64,000 nt of DNA from Malacoraja senta (Eukaryota). Below, piece by piece: positions 13,280 to 25,753 of this stretch. The translations under genes and the position numbers were made by a program. Each line of letters begins with the position of its first letter. Positions within the stretch are counted from its first letter, which is position 1. The notes beneath the pieces are model-generated. The model was not told the origin of the DNA. It did no database searches and was given only the letters and a program-made list of their open reading frames with translations. The stretch covers positions 341,062,001 to 341,126,000 of the forward strand of contig CM075977.1 of NCBI GenBank assembly GCA_038087875.1, in the 5' to 3' direction.

Positions 13280-14206
13280 AAATTTTTTTTATTTTTTATT
13301 TTTTTATTTTTATTTTATTAGAAGTACATTACATTACAACCACATACATTAGTACTTGTCATTTATATCTTCTTACAATTAATGTACTCCATTTATTTTT
13401 TACACTAGAAAAGGAAAAGATTGAAAGAAAGAAGAAAGTGAAGGAAAAAGTGAAAGTGTAGGAAATGTGACAACAAAAAAGGACGAAGACCCTATAAGAG
13501 CAAAATTAAAAACAATAGAAAAAGAGTTAAGAAATAGACCCTAGGAAAGAAAGAGAGAGAGAAAGAGGAAAAAGAGAGAAACAAATATTTTTATGAGCAT
13601 TACGTAAATGGGACATACCAACTCTTCAACTATCATCCCCCCTTACCTGACCTCAATTTTTTTTAAAGTACTTTTGCACCTTATGTTTGTAATAATTCTA
13701 TAAATGCAGACCACGTCAGGTGGAAGTGATCTGGTTCACCTGCTAGGAGGAGTCTTATCTCTTCTAGGTGTAATGTTTCAAACATATTTGAAATCCACAT
13801 ATTTATAGTTGGTATTGGAGCCTTCTTCCAAAATTTTAGAATTAGCTTTTTTCCAGTTATTAACCCATAGTCCATTAGTTTCTTTTGAAACACATTTAGT
13901 TCTGGACCATCTTCCGTTATACCGAAGATAATCCATTCTGCTTTGGGTATCAGTCTTGTTTTAAATAACTTTGTAAAGATTTCAAAAATGTCATTCCAAA
14001 ATTTTTGAATTTTTGTACAAGAAACGAATGAGTGCGCTATAGTAGCTTCTTGGGATTGACATTTATCACAAATAGATGATACATTTGGGAAAATTTTATG
14101 AATTTTAGTTTTCGAATAATATAATCTATGTAAAATTTTAAATTGTATTAAAGTGTGTCTTACATTAATCGAGCATTTATGCACGTTTAATAAGTATTCA
14201 TTCCAA
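13280..14206 (-). mobile_element. L1-clade LINE 3' end (ORF2 CCHC domain, 3' UTR, poly-A)
   Basis: ORF 13681-14184 contains QFKILHRLY...ICDKC...HSFVSC; poly-T at the left end; 17-bp TSD TTTAAATCWGTTTTTTT at 13263-13279 and 14207-14223. Confidence 0.88.
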
Positions 14207-15973
14207 TTTAAATCTGTTTTTTTATTTCATTTCAAAGCTCATTGAGGTAAACGCTTATCATGAATTGGAAGAAGTAAAATTTGGAAACAAACATTATTCC
14301 TCACTCCTAAAAGTGGTGAATGCCAGTTTTGTTTTTTTGGAATCATCATGTCATTACTGAATTCTTCAAGGTTTTGTTAATCTTTTAGGAAATAAATGGC
14401 ACCTATGTGGTTGACCCATTACTTCTCCAGAAGAGTAAAAAAACTTTCCTGAATGTACAAAAAGTAGAAGGTTTTGGTTGCACAAGGAATGTTGGAGGCG
14501 TAAGCTTGAAACCTACATTAGATAAGTTCCAATTATAATATTTGTGAACTAATTACATAAAAATCATTATTTCTTCACTAATTTTACTTTAACTATGTGA
14601 CAGTTATATTAATCTAGTTCTAATTTGTTAACTTTTGATTTAGGGGATTTGTTATAGCAGATCTTCAATTGGTGGGAAATTATGCCATGAAGTGACTAAA
14701 ATCTTTTTAAAGTAACTATATTAGCATGTCTAAATAAATTAAATAATACTATTTATGAAATTGAACAAGATCTTAGTTCAAGTGAACCATACATCTATGT
14801 TACCAAGGATATCAAGTTTGTTTAATGTAGTATATACGAGTACGGTGAGGTACAACAACAATGAATAATCTTGCTTGTAGCAGCAGATAAACTCAGACAC
14901 ATAAAAACAAAGTAAATATAAAATACACATAATTTACTCATATAATTCAAAAAGAAAGAACACCTTGCAAAATAAAGGATATGTACAAAAAAAGAATTAA
15001 ATATGAACAGGGGTAGTGGTATAGTTGCTGCCTTACAGCGCCAGAGACCTGGGTTCGACCCTGGCCACAGGTGCAGTGTGTATGGAGTGTACATTCTCCC
15101 TTTGATCCTGTGAGTTTTCTATGGGTGCACAGTAATGCAAGAGCTGCTCCATAATGTTCCATTGTCAAGGTTTGGTTAAGGTTGGGTAGGTTGGTTCAAC
15201 GACCTGATAGTTGTAGGAAAGTAACTGTTCCTGAACCTGGTAGTGTGGGACCTCAGACTTCTCTTCCTCCCAACAGATGGTGACAGTGAGAAGAGGGCAT
15301 GGTCCGGATGCTGATGATCCTTGATGCTAGATGTCAGCTTCTAGAGGCAGCGCTTTATGTCAATTCTGCTGATGGAGGAGAAAGGTACGCCTGTGATGAA
15401 GTGAGCTGAATCCACCACTCTCTGTAGCCACTTGCATTCCTGTGCTTTAAAATTGCCACACCCAGTCCATGATCAACCATTCAGCACACGTTCAACAGTG
15501 CATCTGTAGAAGACTGTAACATTATTCAGAGGCATACCTAATCGCTATAAACGTTTGAGCTTAATACTTCATATTAAGCAAAAGTTTAGACTATAGCTCT
15601 TCCCTTTTGTATTATTTATGAATCTAGCAAACCAGCATTTGATATAGAGATGCCTGAATAAAAAGTGTTTGAAAAATATGACGTAACACAGTTTTTATCA
15701 CATTCATACTTCATGCTGTTTCAGGACATGCCTGCTCTTCCCCTTTCTCTTTTGCAGCACCATGTATTCTCAATGCTGTCCTGATTTACAATCCTACTTC
15801 ATTCTTTACAACAACCTAATATTTTAACAATAATTTCAATCTTTCCTTCAGATATCAAGGATTGAAAACTTCAACAATTTCTGAATTCAAATACTTTGGA
15901 GATGGAACATTTTTTCTCCTGTAATTTATTTTGATCCCATTTCTCCTTGCAATCTCATCACTTGTCATGTCTT

Positions 15974-18506
15974 CATAGAAACATAGGTGCAGGAGTAGGC
16001 TATTTGGCCCTCGAGCCAGCAACACCATTCAATATGATCATGGCTGAACATCTAAAATCAGTACCCTGTTCCTGCTTTTTCCCCATATCCCTTGATTCCT
16101 TTAACCCTAAGAGCTAAATCTAACTCTTGAAAACAACCACTGAATTTCCCTCCACTGCCATCTGTGGCAGAGAATTCCACAGATTCACAACTCTCTGGGT
16201 GAAGAAGTCTTTCCTCATCTCAGTCCTAAATGGCCTCCTCCTTATTCTTAAACTGTGACCCCTGGTTCTGGACTCCCCCAACATCGGGAACATTTTTCCT
16301 GCATTTAGCCTGTCCAATCCTTTATAAATTTTATATGTTTCTATAAGATCCCTTCTCATCCTAAATTTCAGTGAATACAAGCCCAGTTGACCCATTCTAT
16401 CATCATATGTCAGTCCCGCCATCCTGTGAATTAACCTGGTGAGCCTACGCTGCACTCGCTCAAAAGCAATAATGTCCTTCCTCAAATTAAGAGTCCAAAA
16501 TTGCACACAATAATCCAGGTTCGGTCTCACCAGGGCCCTGTGCAACTGCAGTGGAACCTCCTTGCTCCTAAACTCAAATCCTCTCGCAATGAAGGCCAAA
16601 ATGCCATTAGCTTTCTTCACTGCTTGCTGTACCTGCACGCTTACTTTCAGTGACTGATCTTCAAGCACACCCAGGTCTTGTTGCACCTCCCCTTTCCTTA
16701 ATCTAACACCATTCGGATAATAATCTGCCTTCCTGTTCTTGCCACCAAAGTGGATAACCTCACATTTATCCACATTATACTGCATCTGCCATGCATCTTC
16801 CCATTCACCCAATTTATCCAAGTCACCCTGCAGCCTCATAGCATCCTCGTCGCAGCTCACACTGCCACCCAGCTTTGTTTCATCCACAAACTTGGAGATG
16901 TCACATTTAATTCCCTCGTCTAAATCATTGATATATATTGTAAATAAATGGGCTCCCAGCACCGAGCCTTGTCGTATCCCACTAGTCAATGCCTGCCATT
17001 CTGAAAAGGACCCATTAATTCCTACTCTTTGCTTCCTGCCTGCTAACCAGTTCTCGATCCATGTCAATACCCTACCCCCAATACCATGTGCTCTAATTTT
17101 ATACACTATTCTCTTGTGTGGGACATTGTCAAAGGCTTTTTGAAAGTCCAGATATTTTACACCACATCCACTGGCTCTCCCTTATCCATTCAACTTGTTA
17201 AATCCTCAAAAAATTCCAGATTAGTCAAACACGATTTCCCCTTCATAAATCCATGCTGACTTTGACCGATCCAGTCACTGCTTTCCAAATGTGCTGCTAT
17301 AACATCTTTAACAATTGACTCAAGCATCTTCCCCACTACCGATGTATGGCTAACTGGTCTATAATTCCCCGTTTTCTTTCTTCCTCCTTTCTTAAAAAGT
17401 GCAGCTACATTGGCTACCCACCAGTCCACACGAACTGATCCAGATTCAAGAGAACATTGGAAAATGATCACCAATGCATCCACGATTTCTAGGGCCTCCT
17501 CTTTGAGTACTCTGGGATGCAGACCATCAGGCCCTGGGGAACTATCTGCCTTCAGTCCCAACAATTTACCTAACACCATTTCCTGACTAATGTGGATTCC
17601 CTTCAGTTCCTCCCTCCCACTAGATCCTCGGTCCCCTACTATTTCTGCGAGATTGTTTGTGTCTTCCTCAGTGAAGACAGAACCAAAGTACTTGTTTAAT
17701 TTTCTGCCATTTCTTTGTTTCCCATTATAAATTCACCTGTCTCTGATTGTAAGGGACCTACATTTGTCTTCACTAATCTTTTCCCTTTTACATATATAAA
17801 GAAGCTTTTAGAGTCAATTTTTATATTCCCCGCAAGCTTTCTTTCATGCTCTCCCCCCCCTTAATTAACCCCTTTTTCCTCCTCTGTTGAGTTCTAAATT
17901 TTTCCCAGTCCTCCGATTTGCTGCTTGCTCTGGCCAATTTATATGCCTTTTCCTTGGATTTAACACTATCCTTGATTTTCCTCGTTAGCCACGGTTGAGC
18001 CGCGTTCCCCATTTTATTTTTTCGCCAGATAGGGATGAACAATTTTTGAGTTCATCCATGCGTTCTTTAAATCTTTGCCATTGCATCTCCACTGTCAACC
18101 CTTTAAATATAATTTGCCTGTCTATCCCAGCCAATTCCCATCTCATACCTTCAAAGTCTCCTTTCTTTAAGTTCAGTACCCTAGTCTCTGAATTAACTGT
18201 GTCACTTTCCATCCTAATGCTGAATTCCACCATATTATTGTCACTGTTGCCCAAGGGGCTTTGCACAACAAGATCGCTAACTAATCCTTCCTCATTACAC
18301 AGTAACCAGTCTAGGATGGCCTGTCCTCTAGTCGGTTCTTCTACATATTGGTTTAAAAAACTATACCGAATACATTCCAGGAAATCCTCCTCCTCAGCGC
18401 TGCTACCAATTTGGTTGGCCCAATCTATATGTAGATTAAAGTCACCCATGATAACTGCTGTATCTTTGCTACACACATCCCTAATTTCCTATGTTTCTAT
18501 GTTTTT
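15974..18506 (-). mobile_element. CR1 LINE, 5'-truncated ORF2, disrupted
   Basis: ORFs 17985-18476, 17190-17579 and 16120-17106 (RT); CATAGAAACATAG tail; flanked by a 75-bp duplication. Confidence 0.92.
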
Positions 18507-18893
18507 ATGGAACATTTTTTCTCCTGTAATTTATTTTGATCCCATTTTTCCTTTCAATCTCATCACTTGTCATGTCTTCATTATCCATTCCAACATTACC
18601 TTCCCTGAATCTGAAGGACTAGTCCACAACAGATGACTCATTTTTATCCTCATTACCCTATCCAAATGAATTCTGATGTAGTATTGTGCACTTCTTCCAT
18701 CTTCTTAACCTAGTGAACATATCTTTGACTTTTAATCGCTGACCCCATTTGCTCCCCAGATCTTCCAACTACAGTCTTCAGTCTTCTTGTTTAATTGATA
18801 CCATTTGCCTAAGAATCACAAGCAGGACTTCCCTAAAAAAATCACATAAGTCCACCTGTTCTTGATACATGGAGTTTCTTTCTTCCCATCTTT

Positions 18894-19871
18894 TTTTTTA
18901 ATTTTTTTAATTTTTTTTAAAATTTGTATTTTATTAGAAGTACATTACATTACAACCACATACATTAGTACTTGTCATTTATATCTTCTTACAATTAATG
19001 TACTCCATTTATTTTTTACACTAGAAAAGGAAAAGATTGAAAGAAAGAAGAAAGTGAAGGAAAAAGTGAAAGTGTAGGAAATGTGACAACAAAAAAGGAC
19101 GAAGACCCTATAAGAGCAAAATTAAAAACAAAAGAAAAAGAGTTAAGAAATAGACCCTAGGAAAGAAAGAAAGAGAGAAAGAGGAAAAAGAGAGAAACAA
19201 ATATTTTTATGAGCATTACGTAAATGGGACATACCAGCTCTTCAACTATCATCCCCCCTTACCTGACCTCAATTTTTTTTTTTTTTTTAAAGAACTTTTG
19301 CACCCTATGTTTGTAATAATTCCATAAATGCAGACCACGTCAGGTGGAAGTGATCTGGTTTACCTGCTAGGAGGAGTCTTATCTCTTCTAGGTGTAATGT
19401 TTCAAACATATTTGAAATCCACATATTTATAGTTGGTATTGGAGCCTTCTTCCAAAATTTTAGAATTAGCTTTTTTCCAGTTATTAACCCATAGTCCATT
19501 AGTTTCTTTTGAAACACATTTAGATCTGGACCATCTTCCGTTATACCGAAGATAATCCATTCTGCTTTGGGTATCAGTCTTGTTTTAAATAACTTTGTAA
19601 AGATTTCAAAAATTTCATTCCAAAAATTTTGAATTTTTGTACAAGAAATGAATGAGTGCGTTATGGTAGCTTCTTGGGATTGACATTTATCACAAATAGA
19701 TGATACATTTGGGAAAATTTTATGAATTTTAGTTTTCGAATAATATAATCTATGTAAAATTTTAAATTGTATTAAAGTGTGTCTTACATTAATCGAGCAT
19801 TTATGCACGTTTAATAAGTATTCATTCCAACTTTCCTTTGAAATTTTAATAGCTAACTCTTGTTCCCAGTC
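18894..19871 (-). mobile_element. L1-clade LINE 3' end, second near-identical copy
   Basis: ORF 19305-19907 is nearly identical to 13681-14184; 13-bp TSD TCTTCCCATCTTT at 18881-18893 and 19872-19884. Confidence 0.88.
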
Positions 19872-20472
19872 TCTTCCCATCTTTACTGTATTTTTTTTCC
19901 CCTTCACCAGTGTCCTCCCAACTACATCTGCACATTTTCTGATGCTTACTATGACTTTAATTGTTCCAATGGTTCATCTTCTTCTATCCCATATCAGGAT
20001 GACCTAAAGGTTCTTTAAACAAAGGCACAGTCTAGTTTCATTACCATCTTCCTTCGCATGCAAGAAGTTGGTCTCATTTTGAATAACGTCTCTTATCAGC
20101 TCTCTCTTGCTCTGAATAAAAGGCATAGTTGGGAAACTCACATTAGCTCATGTAATGTGGTATAGATGGAATATTCCCTGTTTCAGTCATACTTGGGGCC
20201 TCCAGCCTCACTTCTTTCTCTGGTACTTGACTGTTAATGCTGCTTCTGCACAGAATCACAAATTCAATTGCCTTACCGTCGCCTACAATGTGGTACATTT
20301 CTTCCCTTTCCGACTTCCTCCATCCTGATTTTAGGGAATAGGTTATCTCCAATGTTCACTGTAACCCTATTGTCTCCCTGTTATGTTGGCTATGCCTTCT
20401 CCCAGCCTATTTCATGAAAGAACTCCATTCCACTCTTTCAGTGTCTTCAATTCTTTCATATCTATTCTGAGA

Positions 20473-22882
20473 ATAACCATATAACCATATAACCATTACA
20501 GCACGGAAACAGGCCATCTCGGCCCTTCAAGTCTGTGCCGAACATTAAATTAAAAAAAAATAAAAAATAAAAAAAATACTTCCCCCTAGTCCCATCTACC
20601 TGCACTCAGACAATAACCCTCCATTACTTTCCCGTCCATATACCCATCCAATCTATTTTTAAAGGATAAAATCGAACCAGCCTCCACCACTTCCACTGGA
20701 AGCTCATTCCCCACAGCTACCACTCTCCGAGTAAAGAAGTTCCCCCTAATGTTACCCCTAAACTTCTGTCCCTTAATTCTCAAGTCATGTCTCCTTGTTT
20801 GAATCTTCCCTACTCTCAATGGAAAAAGCTTATCCACGTCAACTCTGTCTAACCTGCTCATAATTTTAAAGACCTCTATCAAGTCCCCTCTTAACCTTCT
20901 GCGCTCCAAAGAATAAAGACCTAACTTGTTCAACCTTTCTCTGTAACTTAGTTGCTGAAACCCAGGCAACATTCTAGTAAATCTCCTCTGTACTCTCTCT
21001 ATTTTGTTGACATCCTTCCTATAATTAGGCGACCAAAATTGTACTCCATACTCCAGAATTGGCCTCACCAATGCCTTGTACAATTTTAACATTACATCCC
21101 AACTTCTATATTCAATGCTCTGATTTATAAAGGCCAGCACCCCAAAAGCTTTCTTTACCACACTATCTACATGAGATTCCACCTTCAGGGAACTATGCAC
21201 AGTTATTCCGAGATCCCTCTGTTCAACTGCATTCCTCAATTCTCTACCATTTACCATGTACGTCCTATTTTGATTTGTCCTGCCGAGATGTAGTACCTCA
21301 TATTTATCAGCATTAAACTCCATCTGCCATCTTTCAGCCCACTCTTCCAAATGGCCTAAATCTCTCTGTAGACTTTGAAAATCTACTTCATTATCCACCA
21401 CACCACCTATCTTAGTATCATCTGCATACTTACTAATCCAATTTTCCACACCATCATCCAGATCATTGATGTACATGACAAACAACAGTGGACCCAACAC
21501 AGACCCCTGAGGCACCCCTCTAGTCACCGGCCTCCAACCTGACAAACAGCCATCCACCATTACTCTCTGGCATCTCCCATTCAGCCACTGTTGAATCCAT
21601 CTTGCTACTCCACCATTAATACCCAACAATTGAATCTTCTTAACCAACCTTCCATGAGGAACCTTGTCAAAGGCCTTACTGAAGTCCATATAGACAACAT
21701 CCACTGATTTACCCTCATCAATTTCCCTAGTAACCTCTTCGAAAAATTCTAGAAGATTAGTCAAACATGACCTTCCAGGCACAAATCCATGTTGACTGTT
21801 CCTAATCAGACCCTGCTTATCCAGATGCTTATATATATTATCTTTGTATACTTTCCATTAATTTGCCCACCACTGACGTCAAACTAACAGGTCTATAATT
21901 GCTAGGTTTACTCTTAGAACCTTTTTAAACAACGGAACAACATGCGCAGTACGCCAATCCTCCGGCACTATTCCCGTTTCTAATGACATTTGAAATATTT
22001 CTGTCATAGCCCCTGCTATTTCTACACTAACTTCCCTCAATGTCCTCGGGAATATCCTGTCAGGACCTGGAGACTTATCTGTTTTCATCTTTTTCAAAAG
22101 TGTCCGCACCTCCTCTTCTTTGAATCTCATAGTTTCCATTGCTACTCTGCTTGTTTCCCTTACCTCACATAATTCCATATCCTTCTCCTTGGTGAATACC
22201 GAAGAAAAGAAATTGTTCAGTATCTCCCCCATCTCTTTTGGCTCTGCAGATAGCTGTCCACTCTGACTCTCTAATGGACCAATTTTATCCCTTGTTATCC
22301 TTTTGCTATTAATATAGCTGTAGAAACCCTTTGGATTTACTTTCACCTTACTTGCCAAAGCAACCTCATATCTTCTTTTAGCTTTTCTAATTTCTTTCTT
22401 AATATTCTTTTTACATTCTTTATACTCCTCAAGCACCTCATTTACTCCATGCTGCCTATAATTATTGTAGATCTCTCTCTTTTTCCGAACCAAGTGTCCA
22501 ATTTCCCTTGAAAACCATGGCTCTTTCCAATTTTTACTATTTCCTTTCAACCGTACAGGTACATGAAGATTCTGTACTCTTAAAATGTCACCTTTAAATG
22601 TCCTCCATTTCTCTTCTACATCCTTCCCATAAAACAACATGTCCCAATTCACTCCTTTTAAATCCTTTCGCATCTCCTCAAAGTTAGCCTTTCTCCAATC
22701 AAAAATCTCAACCCTAGGTCCAGTTCTGACCCTCTCCATTATTATATTGAAACTAATGGTATTATGATCACTGGACCCGAAGTGCTCCCCAACGCTTACC
22801 TCCGCCACCTGCCCGGTCTCATTTCCTAACAGGAGGTCCAGCACTGCCCCTTCTCTAGTAGACACCTCTATGTATTGCTGCA
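20473..22882 (-). mobile_element. CR1 LINE of a second subfamily, (ACCATATA)n tail
   Basis: ORFs 21879-22916 and 20586-21782 (GVPQGSVLGP, YADD). Confidence 0.92.
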
Positions 22883-23586
22883 TAGAGAGTGCAAGAAGAA
22901 TCCCATCTTCTATCACAAATCTTCTAACATTTTCCTTTCACTTCAGTCATTGTTTACACTACACCATTGTTGACGGTGATTACAGTTGACCATGTCTATT
23001 ACTTTTCCCATTTATGACAGACTCTCCTTCCCTTCAAACAAAGACAAAGTGCAGAGGAAACTAGAAACTGCAGAATCTTGCATAGAACACAAAGTACTGG
23101 AGTAACTCAGGGGTCAGGCAGCATCTCTGGAGAACATGGAGAGGTGAGGTCTCAGGAGGGGACCCTTCTTCAGGTAAAGTGTCCCTAGTCCAAACCTTCC
23201 ACTCTGTCAACCTTCACATTCATAGATAATCCTCCATCACTTCTGACACCTTAAATATGATTTTACCACCAGATGTTTCGTTCCCTCTCTGCGTTATGAT
23301 GGGATTATTCCTTCTGACTTACCCCGGTTTAACATTCCCTCTTCACAATAGCCGCTACTATCTTCACAGCATCCTCTCATGGAAATTCCTACTCTCTTAG
23401 CTCATCATCATTGTCCAGAAATCCAAGCACACGTTTCAAGTGATTTATTTGCATTTCTGCTAATATGATTCTCATGACATGGTCTTCTCTATATAACAAA
23501 AGTCAAATGCAGATTGGGTGATCGTTTTGCAGATTATCTCCTCCATTCAGCAAGAGTGATAACAAACTCCCTATTACTTCTCACTT

Positions 23587-23980
23587 TACATAGAAACATA
23601 GAAACATAGAAACCTAGAAAATAGGTGCAGGAGTAGGCCATTCGGCCCTTCGCGTCTGCACCGCCATTCAATATGATCATGGCTGATCATCCAACTCAGT
23701 ATCCCGTACCTGCCTTCTTTCCATAGCCCCTGATCCCTTTAGCCACAAGGGCCACATCTAACTCCCTCTCTGTGTGAAAAATATTTTTCTCATCTCGGTC
23801 CTAAAAGACTTCCCGAGATGAGAAAAACATTTTTCACACAGAGAGTGGTGAATCTGTGGAATTCTCTGCCACAGAAGGTAGTTGAGGCCAGTTCATTGGC
23901 TATATTTAAGAGGGAGTTAGATGTGGCCCTTGTGGCTAAAGGGATCAGGGGGTATGGAGAGAAGGCAGGTACAGGATAAT
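23587..23980. mobile_element. Fold-back CR1 3' end (minus piece followed by plus piece)
   Basis: 23587-23812 is a minus-strand tail and 3' end with an internal deletion; 23813-23980 is a plus-strand copy of overlapping sequence. Confidence 0.85.
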
Positions 23981-24716
23981 GGGTTTAATTTTTCAACTCA
24001 TTCCTACTCTAACTTCTCCGTCTTAGGCCACTTACATTATTATGACAATGTTGAACTTAAGCATGAGGAACAGCATATCAGATAAATTCTAATTCTACCA
24101 GTTTCTCAAGTTACCACATTCATTAAAAAAATGTTTTTCTCCTTTTCTGGTAGTTTCTGATGTCATATGTCTTCTCCAATTTACACCTTCTCCCAGACAT
24201 ACCTCCTTATGCATTAGACTAGTAAGATTAAATGAGAACTTACCAGTTTGAAGTTTGTTCTTTATTTTATGAGGAGTTACGATGAGGGATTACGTGAAGA
24301 GCCCGTCAGCACGCATGCGCATCAACCTTCAAAGCAGCGGTGTGGAGTCACAGACAGGAACCGATTGACCTGAGAATAGTAAGATTCAAGACACTAGAAA
24401 TACCAGTTAGCTTTATGAGGAAGGGTTTGGGAGTGGAGGGCACGTAATCCCTCATCGTAACTCCTTATAAAATAAAGATCAAACTTCAAACTGGTAAGTT
24501 CTCGATTAATCTTACTATTTTACTTCGGAGTCACGTGAGTGACTACATGAAGATTTTAAAGCTCTGTAACTCCATGCCGTGGAACGAATACATGCGTCAC
24601 ACACTGTATAGTTGACAAACGAAGAATGGAAACTGTTCAGTCATGGTATTCGAACAGTAACAATTTAATGGAAAACAAAACAATACAACAGTAGTCACCT
24701 CTCTACCCGAGAGGGA

Positions 24717-25598
24717 CTATGCAATAGAACTTAAAACCGAGTTAGCAACCACGCTCGTTCTCTCTAAAGGTTTGTTATAAAACATCTGGAACGTGCGTGC
24801 TGAGGACCACCCTGCGGCCGACAGAATCTGGTCCAGTGGAACGTCCATGCTTGTTGCTGTGGATGTAGCTGCAGCCCTGGTGGAATGAGATTTGAACATT
24901 TTAGTATCGACACCTGAATGGGCTAGAACTAGTTTAAGCCACCTGGAAATGGTCTGGGTAGAGACACTCTTGTGTGGCTTTTTATGGCTGATTAGTAGTG
25001 CTAGCTCCGAACCTCTAAGCTCTTTGGTAACTTTCATATATTGCCTGAGGTAACGAACTACACACAACTTGGGATCCAAAGGATATGCTATGAACTGTAA
25101 TTTAAGTCCCGAGGACCCTGGTCTACTTTGTTTAAAGTTGTCGTAAACGAAAAATGTTAACCCACTGTCCGAAGTGAGCATACTATCCAACCGTAACTTT
25201 TGCAAGGATTGGACCCCCTGAGCCAACACTAAAGCCATCAGCATGACCACCTTGTGCGTCAGCCGGAGTGGAGACAGGGAAGATGGTGGAGCCCATGAAC
25301 GTAGTGACTTAAGAACCACCCCTACATCCCAAATTTCTATGTATCTGGGCCTGGGAGGGTTAGAATTGAAAACTCCCTTCATGAACTTAAAAATTAATGG
25401 ATGCGAGCTCACAGCCAGTTGTTGTGAACCTGAATGTAAATATGACGAAAGCGCACTCCTGGCACTATTTATTGCACTATCACTTAATCTCTCATCATGG
25501 TATAAATGTGAGAGAAACTCCAGAACATGTGTGATATGCACTTCATCATACAGTATATCGTACTGTGCACAGAACAATTCCCATTTCCTGATATACAA
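24717..25598 (-). pseudogene. DIRS tyrosine recombinase ORF
   Basis: Contains SHSTRAAATS, AAGW and FQMFYNKP (H-x-x-R, W and Y catalytic motifs). The first catalytic Arg appears replaced (LAQGVQ in place of xAQRxQ). Confidence 0.88.
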
Positions 25599-25753
25599 TA
25601 CATATTGTTTCTGTTCTGCATCTCCATGCCACAGTTAAAACATCCACCGTACGCTCAGCTAGTCCCAGTCCAAGGAAAGGTCTTCTCAAAACCTGCAAAT
25701 TAACAAATTGAGTCGATCATGCAGAGGATGCACTTCACCCGAACTGGGGTTAG

